Shown here: positions 19,806 to 28,678 of the stretch, one piece after another | Position numbering within the stretch: the stretch's first letter is position 1 | Layout: each line of letters begins with the position of its first letter | Assembly (NCBI GenBank): GCA_017134395.1 | Contig: CP070993.1 | Span: forward strand, 398,199-462,198 | Direction: 5' to 3' | DNA length: 64,000 bases | Source: Candidatus Kaiserbacteria bacterium | GTDB taxonomy: Bacteria > Patescibacteriota > Minisyncoccia > Phycocordibacterales > UBA2100 | The notes under the pieces: generated by a model | What the model saw: only the letters and a program-made list of their open reading frames with translations | The model's database searches: none | Told to the model about the DNA's origin: nothing | Position numbers and translations under genes: made by a program

Positions 19806-19885
19806 TTGTCAAAGAACACACAGAGTCAACACACAAGTGCATAGACTCCACCCCCACATTATATATTGCTTAGCCAAGTGAGCAA
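19806..19885 (-). promoter_or_regulatory. Promoter plus boxB-like hairpin and boxA of S-layer gene leader
   Basis: TTGCTC-N16-TATAAT (19885-19858), hairpin GAGTC...GACTC (19823-19848), GTTCTTTGACAA (19817-19806). Confidence 0.6.
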
Positions 19886-20114
19886 TAAACCATAGCTGGT
19901 AATGTGGATAGCGAACAAAACCTTATTGAGCATCTTTTGCAACATACTCGTACGTCAAAGCGACCGCATGTTTTGGGCGGCTTTTGTTCTTGGCTTTAAC
20001 GTGGGGCAATACTACTATTTTATGCAGTAAAGTCAATAAAAAACACCCTTTTGGGGTGCCTTTATTCAATCACTTTTCTATACCAAATTGGACACTATTT
20101 TCACCACGTTTCGC

Positions 20115-20942
20115 TTATACAACCAAAGAATAGGTCGTCCAGCGCTTTGAACCCTCCTTCTTTACCACATTATCGTGTACTAATGATTGCAGTTCTCGCT
20201 GAATTGTCTTTTCACTACAATCAGAAACCTCTGCTGCAATGTCCTTTATGTGAATAGGGCTCTTCTTAGTAATCACATCCAAAATAGCCATCCGCCGACT
20301 AGTAACACGTCGCTTTGACTTCAAAGATTGTGGGCGTTTATCCTTTTGCTGTTTAATGTCCTTTAAAGATTCTATGTCCGTAATAGTGTCCTTTATACTT
20401 TTGTCCTTTAGAGTTTTTGTTGTTTGTCCTTTAGAAGTTTGCTCTCTAGATTCAGAAGATGAAGGTGCAAGGAAATCATCTTCGTTTAACTCAATACTTT
20501 CAGACGCACTTCCCTGTTCTGATTTTGAAAGGAATCGTACAAGATCAGCGTACGCATACTTAAGTACACCTAAGTTCATCTCTGAAATATAGCCAGATGC
20601 ATGAGCGATATCAAGAAGTGAAAGTAATTGTCGCACGTGTGCTGAAATTGCATCTACGGAATCAGGGCCAGTGCTTTGAAAGCCTTCGCGCAAGCTCATT
20701 ACCATCGGCAGTAGATACTGGGCAGATTCACGGATATTCTCACGGACACTTTCGCTTTGTGGAACAAAATTTGTTACCAAATGAGTGGCGAGCACAAGAC
20801 GTTCAACTTTCTTGTAGGCTATTTCTGCAGCACGGTTTTGTCCGAAAGGACTCACGGACATATTTGCATCCAGAGAAATACCTTCATAATTGATGGGCTT
20901 ATATACTGCTTTATTGTCCTTTATAGTCATAGTAATGTCCAT
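20115..20942 (-). CDS. Four-helix-bundle plus DeoR-type winged-helix DNA-binding protein
   Basis: N-terminus resembles 23S-IVS/four-helix-bundle proteins (YKKVERLVLATHLVTNFVP..E..RENIR); C-terminal RR.AIL......IKDI......SEKTIQREL..L...KKEG..RW..Y. Confidence 0.75.
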   Translation of the reverse strand: MDITMTIKDNKAVYKPINYEGISLDANMSVSPFGQNRAAEIAYKKVERLVLATHLVTNFVPQSESVRENIRESAQYLLPMVMSLREGFQSTGPDSVDAISAHVRQLLSLLDIAHASGYISEMNLGVLKYAYADLVRFLSKSEQGSASESIELNEDDFLAPSSSESREQTSKGQTTKTLKDKSIKDTITDIESLKDIKQQKDKRPQSLKSKRRVTSRRMAILDVITKKSPIHIKDIAAEVSDCSEKTIQRELQSLVHDNVVKKEGSKRWTTYSLVV

Positions 20943-21037
20943 TATATAAAGGACAAATTGTTATAGACAATGTCCTTTATATGCATGTCCGTAAAGATGT
21001 CCTTTACGTTATGTCCATAATAGGTTTATGTCCGTTA
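20240..21037. repeat. Cluster of 14 TGTCCNTWA motifs
   Basis: Starts at 20240, 20357, 20375, 20387, 20402, 20425, 20915, 20936, 20947 (reverse), 20971, 20986, 20998, 21012, 21029. Confidence 0.85.
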
Positions 21038-21207
21038 AAGTCAAGGGTTCGTACATTGTAATGAGATTGTGTCTTATAGACACATCCCCACAATCGAAAC
21101 TCATCAAACACTCTGTTTGTCGGCATGAAAGTATCCTTATGTGCACGAACTACTCTGTACGCTATATGGTATTATTGATTGATAATTCAATATATTAGAT
21201 AGACATC

Positions 21208-23574
21208 ATGATGGCAGTACGAACACGAAAGAAACCTATGGCTAAAAAGTCAAAGCCAAAAAGGGAAACGAAACGCGCGCGGCGTCGAAAGGAAGAAGAG
21301 TTTGAAGAAGAAGACTCACTGGGTCTTCCAATTCAATCTGAAACACTCAGAGGAGTGTGGGCAGTTTTTGCTATTGCAGCAGCTGTATTTTTTACTCTTG
21401 CATGGTTTGATGTTGCCGGTAAAGTCGGAACCACATTGTACATTTGGCTTTCTGCCTTCTTTGGGGTCGGCTATGTTCTTGTGCCGATTTCTTTTGCGAT
21501 GATAGCGGTAGTTTTGTTTCGTTCACTTGAACATGAACGTATCGGCACACTAAAAATTGTAGGGACCGGCATCTTCTTTCTTAGTGGTCTTGGGCTTGTG
21601 GAAACTTTGTTCCCGAGCCGTGGTGGCCTTATTGGACAACTTATTTCTGCACCACTTACGTACGCGGTGGATACTATTGCAACAATAGTTGTACTTCTTT
21701 CTTTAATTGTTATCTCACTACTCATTGCCTTCGATGCTCATCCGCAACATGCCTTCCCTACTATCTCTCGTTTGTGGAAACGCGAACGGGACGAAGAAGA
21801 GGAAGAGCAAGTGCTTGAAGATGAAGAAGAAGCGGTTATCGAATCTGGTACCGCTCGTGCAGAAGCTGAAGCAGAAGATGCAGACGAGGTCGAAGAGGAA
21901 CACGTTGAGGAGCCTAAAAAAAGTGGCGGCATATTTAACTTCGGAGGAACTGATGAACCGAACCCAGCTATATTTAACTTCGCAGCTGGAAGCAACGGAA
22001 CGTATTCTCCTCCTCCCCTTTCACTTCTACAGAAAGATAGAGGAAAGCCTTCAGTGGGCGATGTAAAAGCAAGTGCAAATACTATTAAACGAACACTCCA
22101 GAACTTTGGTATTAGTGTAGAAATGGATGAAGTGTCCATCGGTCCGACAGTAACACAATACGCAATGAAGCCAGCAGAAGGAGTGCGCCTCGCAAAAATC
22201 ATGAGCTTGCAGAGCAACTTAGAACTAGCGTTAGCTGCAACACCTATTCGTATCGAGGCACCAATTCCTGGAAAAGCACTGGTAGGTATTGAAGTACCAA
22301 ACACCACAAAGTCTACACTTGGTCTTGCCTCTATATTTAGTGACCACGAATTCCAAAATTCAGACAAACCACTTCTGATTGCACTTGGTCGTGATATTGC
22401 AGGAAAGCCGCACTACACGAACATTGCAAAGATGCCCCACCTTCTTATTGCTGGAGCAACAGGTGCTGGTAAGTCTGTAACGGTGCACGATATTATTGTG
22501 TCTCTTCTCTACCGAAGAGGTCCACAGGAATTACGTTTTGTTATGGTAGACCCTAAGCGAGTAGAGCTTACGATGTACAACGAGATTCCTCACCTTCTTA
22601 CCCCGGTTATTACCGATCCAAAAAAGGCCATTCTTGCGCTTAAGTGGCTCGCGAAAGAGATGGATAGACGGTACGATATTCTTGAAACTGAGAAAGTACG
22701 AGACATTGCTTCGTACCACAAAAACATCTTTGAGCCTGCGCAGAAGAAAAAGAAAGACGATGATTCTGAAATGCCAGAACCAATGCCATATATTGTTGCT
22801 ATTGTTGATGAAATGGCAGACCTTATGACTTCGTACCCACGTGAACTCGAAGCATCTATTGTACGCCTTGCCCAAATGAGTCGTGCGGTAGGTATTCACC
22901 TTATCCTTTCAACACAACGTCCAAGTGTGCAGGTTATTACCGGACTCATTAAGGCAAACATCCCTTCACGAATTGCTCTGCAGGTATCTTCACAAATTGA
23001 TTCGCGAACGATTCTCGACATGGGAGGTGCTGAAAAACTTCTTGGTGCTGGTGATATGCTCTATCTTTCAGGGGAAATGAGTAAACCCCACCGTATTCAA
23101 GCGCCGTATGTATCTGAAGAAGAAGTAAAGAGCATAGTGAAATACCTTAAAGACTCTCATGAAGACGAGCTTCCTGATAAAATCGACCTCACTGAGGTAA
23201 TGCACGATAACAGTGTCTTCTCTGCAAGTGTGGGAAGTGACGATGACGATGACGACGACCTCTACGAAGAAGCGAAGCGCGTTATTATTGAAGCAGGAAA
23301 AGGCTCAACATCATTCTTACAAAGAAAGCTACGTGTCGGATACGCTCGTGCAGCACGCCTTATGGACATGCTAGAAGAACGAGGTGTTGTGGGCCCAGCT
23401 GAAGGATCGAAAGCTCGTGAAGTAATCGACCAAAGTGCAGAAACTATGCCTGAGACAGAAGAATTAGAAGATGAAACGGGAGAAGTTGAAGAAGTATACG
23501 GAGAGAGCGATGAGGAAGACACCGAAACTGAGTACGATGAAGAAGAATTAGAAGATGAAGAAAAAACTCGCTAA
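21208..23574 (+). CDS. ftsK: DNA translocase FtsK
   Basis: 4TM N-terminus, MPHLLIAGATGAGKSV, DEMADLM, TQRPSV, GAEKLLG.GDML, gamma domain GYARAARLMD. Confidence 0.96.
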   Translation: MMAVRTRKKPMAKKSKPKRETKRARRRKEEEFEEEDSLGLPIQSETLRGVWAVFAIAAAVFFTLAWFDVAGKVGTTLYIWLSAFFGVGYVLVPISFAMIAVVLFRSLEHERIGTLKIVGTGIFFLSGLGLVETLFPSRGGLIGQLISAPLTYAVDTIATIVVLLSLIVISLLIAFDAHPQHAFPTISRLWKRERDEEEEEQVLEDEEEAVIESGTARAEAEAEDADEVEEEHVEEPKKSGGIFNFGGTDEPNPAIFNFAAGSNGTYSPPPLSLLQKDRGKPSVGDVKASANTIKRTLQNFGISVEMDEVSIGPTVTQYAMKPAEGVRLAKIMSLQSNLELALAATPIRIEAPIPGKALVGIEVPNTTKSTLGLASIFSDHEFQNSDKPLLIALGRDIAGKPHYTNIAKMPHLLIAGATGAGKSVTVHDIIVSLLYRRGPQELRFVMVDPKRVELTMYNEIPHLLTPVITDPKKAILALKWLAKEMDRRYDILETEKVRDIASYHKNIFEPAQKKKKDDDSEMPEPMPYIVAIVDEMADLMTSYPRELEASIVRLAQMSRAVGIHLILSTQRPSVQVITGLIKANIPSRIALQVSSQIDSRTILDMGGAEKLLGAGDMLYLSGEMSKPHRIQAPYVSEEEVKSIVKYLKDSHEDELPDKIDLTEVMHDNSVFSASVGSDDDDDDDLYEEAKRVIIEAGKGSTSFLQRKLRVGYARAARLMDMLEERGVVGPAEGSKAREVIDQSAETMPETEELEDETGEVEEVYGESDEEDTETEYDEEELEDEEKTR

Positions 23575-23579
23575 CATCT

Positions 23580-23987
23580 ATGCTTCCCCACCACTCAAAA
23601 CTTACTAAGTACCTCTTTGCAGCATTTGTGGTTGTATTACTTTTTTATGCGTACTTTGAGGCGCGTAATATCCTCTACGGTCCACAGATTGTATTGCAAG
23701 ACGGAGAAGCAATCACTGTGCACGATGAGCTCATAGAAATAAGTGGGACCGTAAAAAACGTAGTAGAGATTACCTTAAGTGGGCGCCCAGTATTTATAGA
23801 CGACACAGGACTCTTTACTGAAAAACTTCTTCTCGCGGAAGGATTAAACCGTTTTGTTTTTGAAGCACGAGATAAATTTGACCACAAAACCCAAGAAGTA
23901 CTTGAAGTTGTATATCAAATCCCTACCGCAGATACCAACGAGCACGAGCAGGAAGAAACTGATACTATAAAAGAATCATTAGAATAA
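23580..23987 (+). CDS. Membrane-anchored Ig-like hypothetical protein
   Basis: TM helix then GP.I...ISG...F...LLL.EGLN.F...A.D. Confidence 0.7.
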   Translation: MLPHHSKLTKYLFAAFVVVLLFYAYFEARNILYGPQIVLQDGEAITVHDELIEISGTVKNVVEITLSGRPVFIDDTGLFTEKLLLAEGLNRFVFEARDKFDHKTQEVLEVVYQIPTADTNEHEQEETDTIKESLE

Positions 23988-23997
23988 TTGTGTATAT

Positions 23998-25092
23998 ATG
24001 AGTGCAGCAAAGAAGAAAGTAGCGAAGAAAGTGAAAAAAGTTTCGACAGCAAGCGAAACGAAAAAGAAGGACAAGACTGTAGAAAAAGCAGCAGCTCCTG
24101 CAGAGAAGAAGAGCAATACAAAGGTAGATGCAGCTATCGCAGATATAAAGAGTAAGTTCGGTGACGAAGCCATCATGATGCTGGGAGAACACGCAAAAGT
24201 TGATGTGGACGTTATTCCAACTGGTTCTATTGGTATCGACTGGGCACTTGGCATTGGAGGGCTTCCACGCGGACGTATTATTGAGGTATACGGACCAGAG
24301 TCTTCCGGTAAGACTACCCTCTCTCTACACGCTATAGCTGAGGCTCAGAAGCTAGGTGGTGTATGTGCCTTCGTAGATGCTGAGCATGCTCTTGACCCAG
24401 TGTACGCAAAAAAGCTCGGTGTAAAAACCCAAGACCTCCTTATTGCACAACCAGACACAGGAGAACAGGCACTTGAGATTGTAGAAAGCTTGGTTCGCTC
24501 AGGAAATATCGATATTATCGTTGTTGACTCTGTTGCAGCCCTTACGCCAAAAGATGAGATCGAGGGAGATATGGGTGCACACCAAATGGGAAAACAAGCT
24601 CGCCTTATGTCGCAAGCAATGCGTAAACTGACTGCTATTTCTGCAAAAAGTAAGACGGTGATTATTTTCATCAACCAAGTTCGCATGAAAATAGGAATGG
24701 TCTTTGGTAATCCAGAAACAACAACTGGTGGTAAGGCTCTAAAATTCTATAGTTCTGTACGAATTGATATCCGACGTATTGCACAGATTAAAAAAGGTAC
24801 TGAAATCATGGGAGGACGCCACCGTGTGAAGATTGTGAAGAACAAGGTTGCTGCACCATTCCGCACTGCTGAATTTGACCTCCTCTACAATGAAGGTATC
24901 TCGCGTGAAGGTGAGCTTTTAGCGCTTGGAGAGAAAATGGGGGTTATCGAAAAATCGGGAGCATCATACAAGTTTGATGACATTGCACTGGGTCGTGGGT
25001 ATGATGCCGCACGTACCTATTTGCATGAAAATAAGAAAGTGGCGAGTGCTGTTCTTAAAGAAATTAAGGGCAAACTCAAAGACGCTGTCTAA
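23998..25092 (+). CDS. recA: Recombinase RecA
   Basis: [39 protein letters not shown]. Confidence 0.98.
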   Translation: MSAAKKKVAKKVKKVSTASETKKKDKTVEKAAAPAEKKSNTKVDAAIADIKSKFGDEAIMMLGEHAKVDVDVIPTGSIGIDWALGIGGLPRGRIIEVYGPESSGKTTLSLHAIAEAQKLGGVCAFVDAEHALDPVYAKKLGVKTQDLLIAQPDTGEQALEIVESLVRSGNIDIIVVDSVAALTPKDEIEGDMGAHQMGKQARLMSQAMRKLTAISAKSKTVIIFINQVRMKIGMVFGNPETTTGGKALKFYSSVRIDIRRIAQIKKGTEIMGGRHRVKIVKNKVAAPFRTAEFDLLYNEGISREGELLALGEKMGVIEKSGASYKFDDIALGRGYDAARTYLHENKKVASAVLKEIKGKLKDAV

Positions 25093-25113
25093 ATAAATGC
25101 ACACGTAAGCCTT

Positions 25114-25146
25114 TTTAAACGCCTCAATTAATTGAGGCGTTTAAAA
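25114..25146. terminator. Intrinsic terminator after recA
   Basis: TTTAAACGCCTCAATTAATTGAGGCGTTTAAA palindrome. Confidence 0.7.
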
Positions 25147-25186
25147 TTTTACTTATTACTCCCAAAACCGTATAATCCCTCACAAT

Positions 25187-25750
25187 ATGCTTTCATATAC
25201 AGAAGTAAAACCAGGAGTGCTTATTATTTTAGATGGTGATCCGTTTGAAGTTATGGCAACCAGCGGTGTCGTTAAGAAACAGCGACAAAAGCCTCACAAC
25301 ACTGCAAAAATGAAGAACTTACGCAGTGGTTCTACAGTTGAAAAAACCTATACTCAGGCAGATAAAATAATTGAAGCAGATATTTCGATTCGGGAGATAC
25401 AGTTTATCTACGAGAACCGCGGAGAGATTATGTTCGCTGATCCAAACAATCCAAAAGATCGCTTTTCTCTTCCTGAGGAGCTCATTGGAGAAAAACTAAA
25501 CTACATACGTGAAAAAGACATCGTAGAGGCTAAAGTATTTGAAGATGACATTATTGGTCTTCGTGTTCCTATTAAAGTTGAACTGGAAGTAATCGAGGCA
25601 CCACCTAACATACGAGGAAATACCTCGGCTGGCGGAAACAAAGTGGTGACACTAGAAACTGGCCTTAACGTTACTACCCCACTCTTTATAGAAGCTGGTG
25701 ACACTATTCGCGTAAATACGGAGACTGGAGAATACGTTGAACGAGTCTAG
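25187..25750 (+). CDS. efp: Elongation factor P
   Basis: C-terminal LETG..V..PLFI..GD.I.VNT.TGEY.ER signature. Confidence 0.93.
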   Translation: MLSYTEVKPGVLIILDGDPFEVMATSGVVKKQRQKPHNTAKMKNLRSGSTVEKTYTQADKIIEADISIREIQFIYENRGEIMFADPNNPKDRFSLPEELIGEKLNYIREKDIVEAKVFEDDIIGLRVPIKVELEVIEAPPNIRGNTSAGGNKVVTLETGLNVTTPLFIEAGDTIRVNTETGEYVERV

Positions 25751-25760
25751 GACCTTCCTT

Positions 25761-25787
25761 AACTTAGGACATCCGATGTCCTAAGTT
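25761..25787. repeat. REP-like palindrome GGACATCCGATGTCC (copy 1)
   Basis: AACTTAGGACATC-C-GATGTCCTAAGTT; same 15-nt core at 47612-47626. Confidence 0.7.
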
Positions 25788-25879
25788 CAGAGATGTGTAT
25801 AGGTAAAGAACGAATAAACCGCCAAAGTGCTGTGCACTTTGGCGGTTTATTCGTTCGTATAGGTTTTTTCTTCTTAGAT

Positions 25880-26092
25880 TTACTTAATGATGTAGGGTAG
25901 AAGCCCCATTTCACGTGCCCGCTTTATAGCAGTTGTGACGTCACGCTGATGCTTTGCAGTAAGGTTTGTCTGTGCACGTGACTTAATGCGCCCGTGTGGG
26001 TTTAGGAATTGCTTTAGTACGTCGGCGTCTTTATAGTCGATATACTTTATTCCGTTTTGTGAAAAATAATCTGCTGTCATAAGCTCGTGCAT
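25880..26092 (-). CDS. rpsR: 30S ribosomal protein S18
   Basis: IDYKD...LK.F....G.I, QR....AIKRAR..GLLPY. Confidence 0.93.
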   Translation of the reverse strand: MHELMTADYFSQNGIKYIDYKDADVLKQFLNPHGRIKSRAQTNLTAKHQRDVTTAIKRAREMGLLPYIIK

Positions 26093-26361
26093 AATACACT
26101 TTTACTGGGCGTTTTCAAGGGGTTTTGACTTTTTTAAATGATAGCTCAATACATCTAATTTTGCAGTTTTAGATGCAATTCAAGGCGTGTAAACAAAAAC
26201 GTCCGAGCCGTATGGAAATACGGTGAGGACGTTTTTGTGCAACACAACGCTGAAGTGCGCTGCATAAGTTCTTGGTCGCTCGTACTAAATCGCTTCGCTC
26301 CTAAGTACGCCGACATAAGTTCAGGATTGGCGCTTTGCCTTACAAAGCTCTGTCCTTCACC

Positions 26362-26826
26362 TTAAAAGGGGATGTCGTCTGGGTCGATGTCTTCCTCCGG
26401 ATACTCAATACCCCCACCTGCAGCTGGCGCTGTTGGTTCTGCCTTTTCGTCACCCTTGGCTGTATTTGCATTCGTAGGTGCTCCTGCAGTTCCTGGAGCG
26501 CCTCCTCGTGGACCAAACTGTACACGGTCGGCTACAACCTCTGTACGATACTTCTTTACACCGTCCTGTTCCCAACTGCGAGTTTGCATGCGCCCTTCGA
26601 CAAACGCAGAGTTTCCTTTTTTTAGATATTGCGCGACAAGCTCTGCTTGGCGTCCAAATACCACGATGTTGTGATAATCAGCTTGCTCCTTCTTGTTTCC
26701 CTCTTTGTCTTTGTACACGCGATTTGTGGCAATACTGAATGTCCCTACTTGTATTCCACTTGGAAGTGCCTTTAATTCAGGATCTCGGGTTAAATTCCCG
26801 TATACCATTGCTTTGTTTATATACAT
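26362..26826 (-). CDS. ssb: Single-stranded DNA-binding protein
   Basis: GNLTRDPEL, YLKKG...VEGR.QTRSW, C-terminal DDIPF. Confidence 0.97.
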   Translation of the reverse strand: MYINKAMVYGNLTRDPELKALPSGIQVGTFSIATNRVYKDKEGNKKEQADYHNIVVFGRQAELVAQYLKKGNSAFVEGRMQTRSWEQDGVKKYRTEVVADRVQFGPRGGAPGTAGAPTNANTAKGDEKAEPTAPAAGGGIEYPEEDIDPDDIPF

Positions 26827-26890
26827 ACGTTATTGCTAGTTAGTTGCTCTGTATTGTATCAAAAAATGCGCCATCTGGCGCATTTGTAAT

Positions 26891-27424
26891 TTATACTGTA
26901 GCTTCTTCTTTTTTCTCTTCTTTTTCGTCTCCAACAAGTTCTTCAATCGCTTCTTCAACTTGCTCTTCTGAAACTTCTCCACCCTCTTCTTCAGCTACCT
27001 TATGTTCGATAGTTCCAGTTGTCTTCACTTCTCGCAAAATAGTGTTTTGCTCCGTCTGAAGTTGAGCGCGTGTCTCTTCGCGTGTTGTTTTTATCAAAAT
27101 GTAGCGAAGCACTTGAGCATTTATCTTCATGTCTTCCTCTTCTAGCTCAACTGCTTTTGCTGGATCCATTTCGAACTTAATCCATCCAAAGTATGCAGTT
27201 TCATACCGTGTTTTCTTACCACCGTTGTTGATGAACATTGGAAATGAAAGAGTTGTCATTTCAGGCGTTCCTTCAGTGATAAACGAACCACCACGTGCTT
27301 CAATTGCACTTCGGATCTTCGCAACTTCCCCTTCGAGGTCGTCAGCTACTACCGTAGGTAGGATGTGATATCCAAGTTCATACACTTGTACGTCTGTGGC
27401 TTCGTTGTTGTTTTCTTCTGTCAT
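26891..27424 (-). CDS. rpsF: 30S ribosomal protein S6 with acidic tail
   Basis: YELGY.I.P, L..P......AYFGW..F, VLRY.LIK; rpsF-ssb-rpsR synteny. Confidence 0.85.
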   Translation of the reverse strand: MTEENNNEATDVQVYELGYHILPTVVADDLEGEVAKIRSAIEARGGSFITEGTPEMTTLSFPMFINNGGKKTRYETAYFGWIKFEMDPAKAVELEEEDMKINAQVLRYILIKTTREETRAQLQTEQNTILREVKTTGTIEHKVAEEEGGEVSEEQVEEAIEELVGDEKEEKKEEATV

Positions 27425-27464
27425 AGTGCGGTGAGAATAACACAGGCAGTAGCACTGAGCAAGG

Positions 27465-28259
27465 CTATTTACCAGCCAAAAAGAGGGTTTGGGTATTCTT
27501 GTATAGCTGCTCACTTACCTTCTCGAAATCTTCTCCTCGTATATCTGCTATAGCCCGTATAGTGTCAATAACAAACACTGGCTCGTTACGTTTGCCCCTG
27601 TGGGGAACCGGTGCAGCGTAGGGTGAATCGGTCTCCACAAGCATCATATCAAGCGGCACATCTCTAACTACTTCTTCGAGCTCAGATGCAAACGTAACGA
27701 CTCCTGGAAACGATATATAGAAACCAAGTTCAAGATATTCTCGCGCAATCTCCTTTGTAGAGGTAAAAAAGTGACTACATCCACGGACACTGTCGCCAGA
27801 CGCACCTTGATGCAAAGAAAGTATTTCAAGCACATCTTTATGTGCATCAGTGGTACCTTCTGTTGGTCGAACATGCAGCATGAGCGGTAAATCGTTCTCT
27901 GCAGCGAACACAACTTGTGCTTCAAATACCTCACGTTGTCTAATGTACACATCATCCTGAGGGGTTCTGTAATAATCGAGTCCACACTCCCCTATACCGA
28001 CAACTTTATCGTTAAGAATAGATTCATATTCTTTTGCATTAAACGATTCGTTTGTGTCTGTAGGGTGCACACCAATAACCGCACCAAGAATGTTTTCATG
28101 ACTTTCCTCCAGTGCAACGGCTTGTTTGCTAGTTTCGAGTGATACCCCTACTGCAAATGTCCCAACTTCGTTTTCAGCCATTCGCTTTAGAACTTCCTCC
28201 CTATCTTCATTAAATTTCTTCTCGAACAGATGCGAATGTGTGTCAATATACTTAATCAT
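27465..28259 (-). CDS. tatD: TatD family DNase
   Basis: IDTHSH, GVHP, GIGECGLDY, ETDSPY..P.P.RGKRNEP. Confidence 0.93.
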   Translation of the reverse strand: MIKYIDTHSHLFEKKFNEDREEVLKRMAENEVGTFAVGVSLETSKQAVALEESHENILGAVIGVHPTDTNESFNAKEYESILNDKVVGIGECGLDYYRTPQDDVYIRQREVFEAQVVFAAENDLPLMLHVRPTEGTTDAHKDVLEILSLHQGASGDSVRGCSHFFTSTKEIAREYLELGFYISFPGVVTFASELEEVVRDVPLDMMLVETDSPYAAPVPHRGKRNEPVFVIDTIRAIADIRGEDFEKVSEQLYKNTQTLFLAGK

Positions 28260-28678
28260 AGTATGTACTCTATCACGTACACAGTTAGTATCGAATCCTC
28301 ATGTACCTCTTCATTCGGGTACTTTGAACTCAACCATTCAACTAACGCCTCATGACTCCCAATTTCCTTATACGCTGCATGCAACTCTTCTAATGTTACT
28401 TCTTTTAGTTTCCTAGCTTCTCGCGAAATAATACGAACCGGAATACGTGATTCTATAAAAACGGGTGGCTTTTGAATATCATGACTTCCATATTCTTTTA
28501 TAAAACCAATGAATCCTTTTTGATTATTCGGTGGCCAAAATCTTGGGTTAGATATCGACGTACGATCACCAATCCTAAAGAAAACCTGAGGTTTCTTATC
28601 AAGAACTTCCTCATAATACTTTCGATCTTCCCCCAGCGTTTGTAGATCTAACTCAGAAAGGTACGTCGTATCTATCAT
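28256..28678 (-). CDS. Hypothetical protein (possibly ASCH/PUA-like)
   Basis: 140-aa ORF overlapping both neighbours; L.EVT.E.L......L...L...YP pattern. Confidence 0.55.
   Translation of the reverse strand: MIDTTYLSELDLQTLGEDRKYYEEVLDKKPQVFFRIGDRTSISNPRFWPPNNQKGFIGFIKEYGSHDIQKPPVFIESRIPVRIISREARKLKEVTLEELHAAYKEIGSHEALVEWLSSKYPNEEVHEDSILTVYVIEYIL

Noticed and set aside
20240-21037. TGTCC array as CRISPR or oriC
   Set aside because: Units are 9 bp with irregular short spacing and no cas genes; not DnaA boxes, no dnaA, and no lasting switch in gene strand bias
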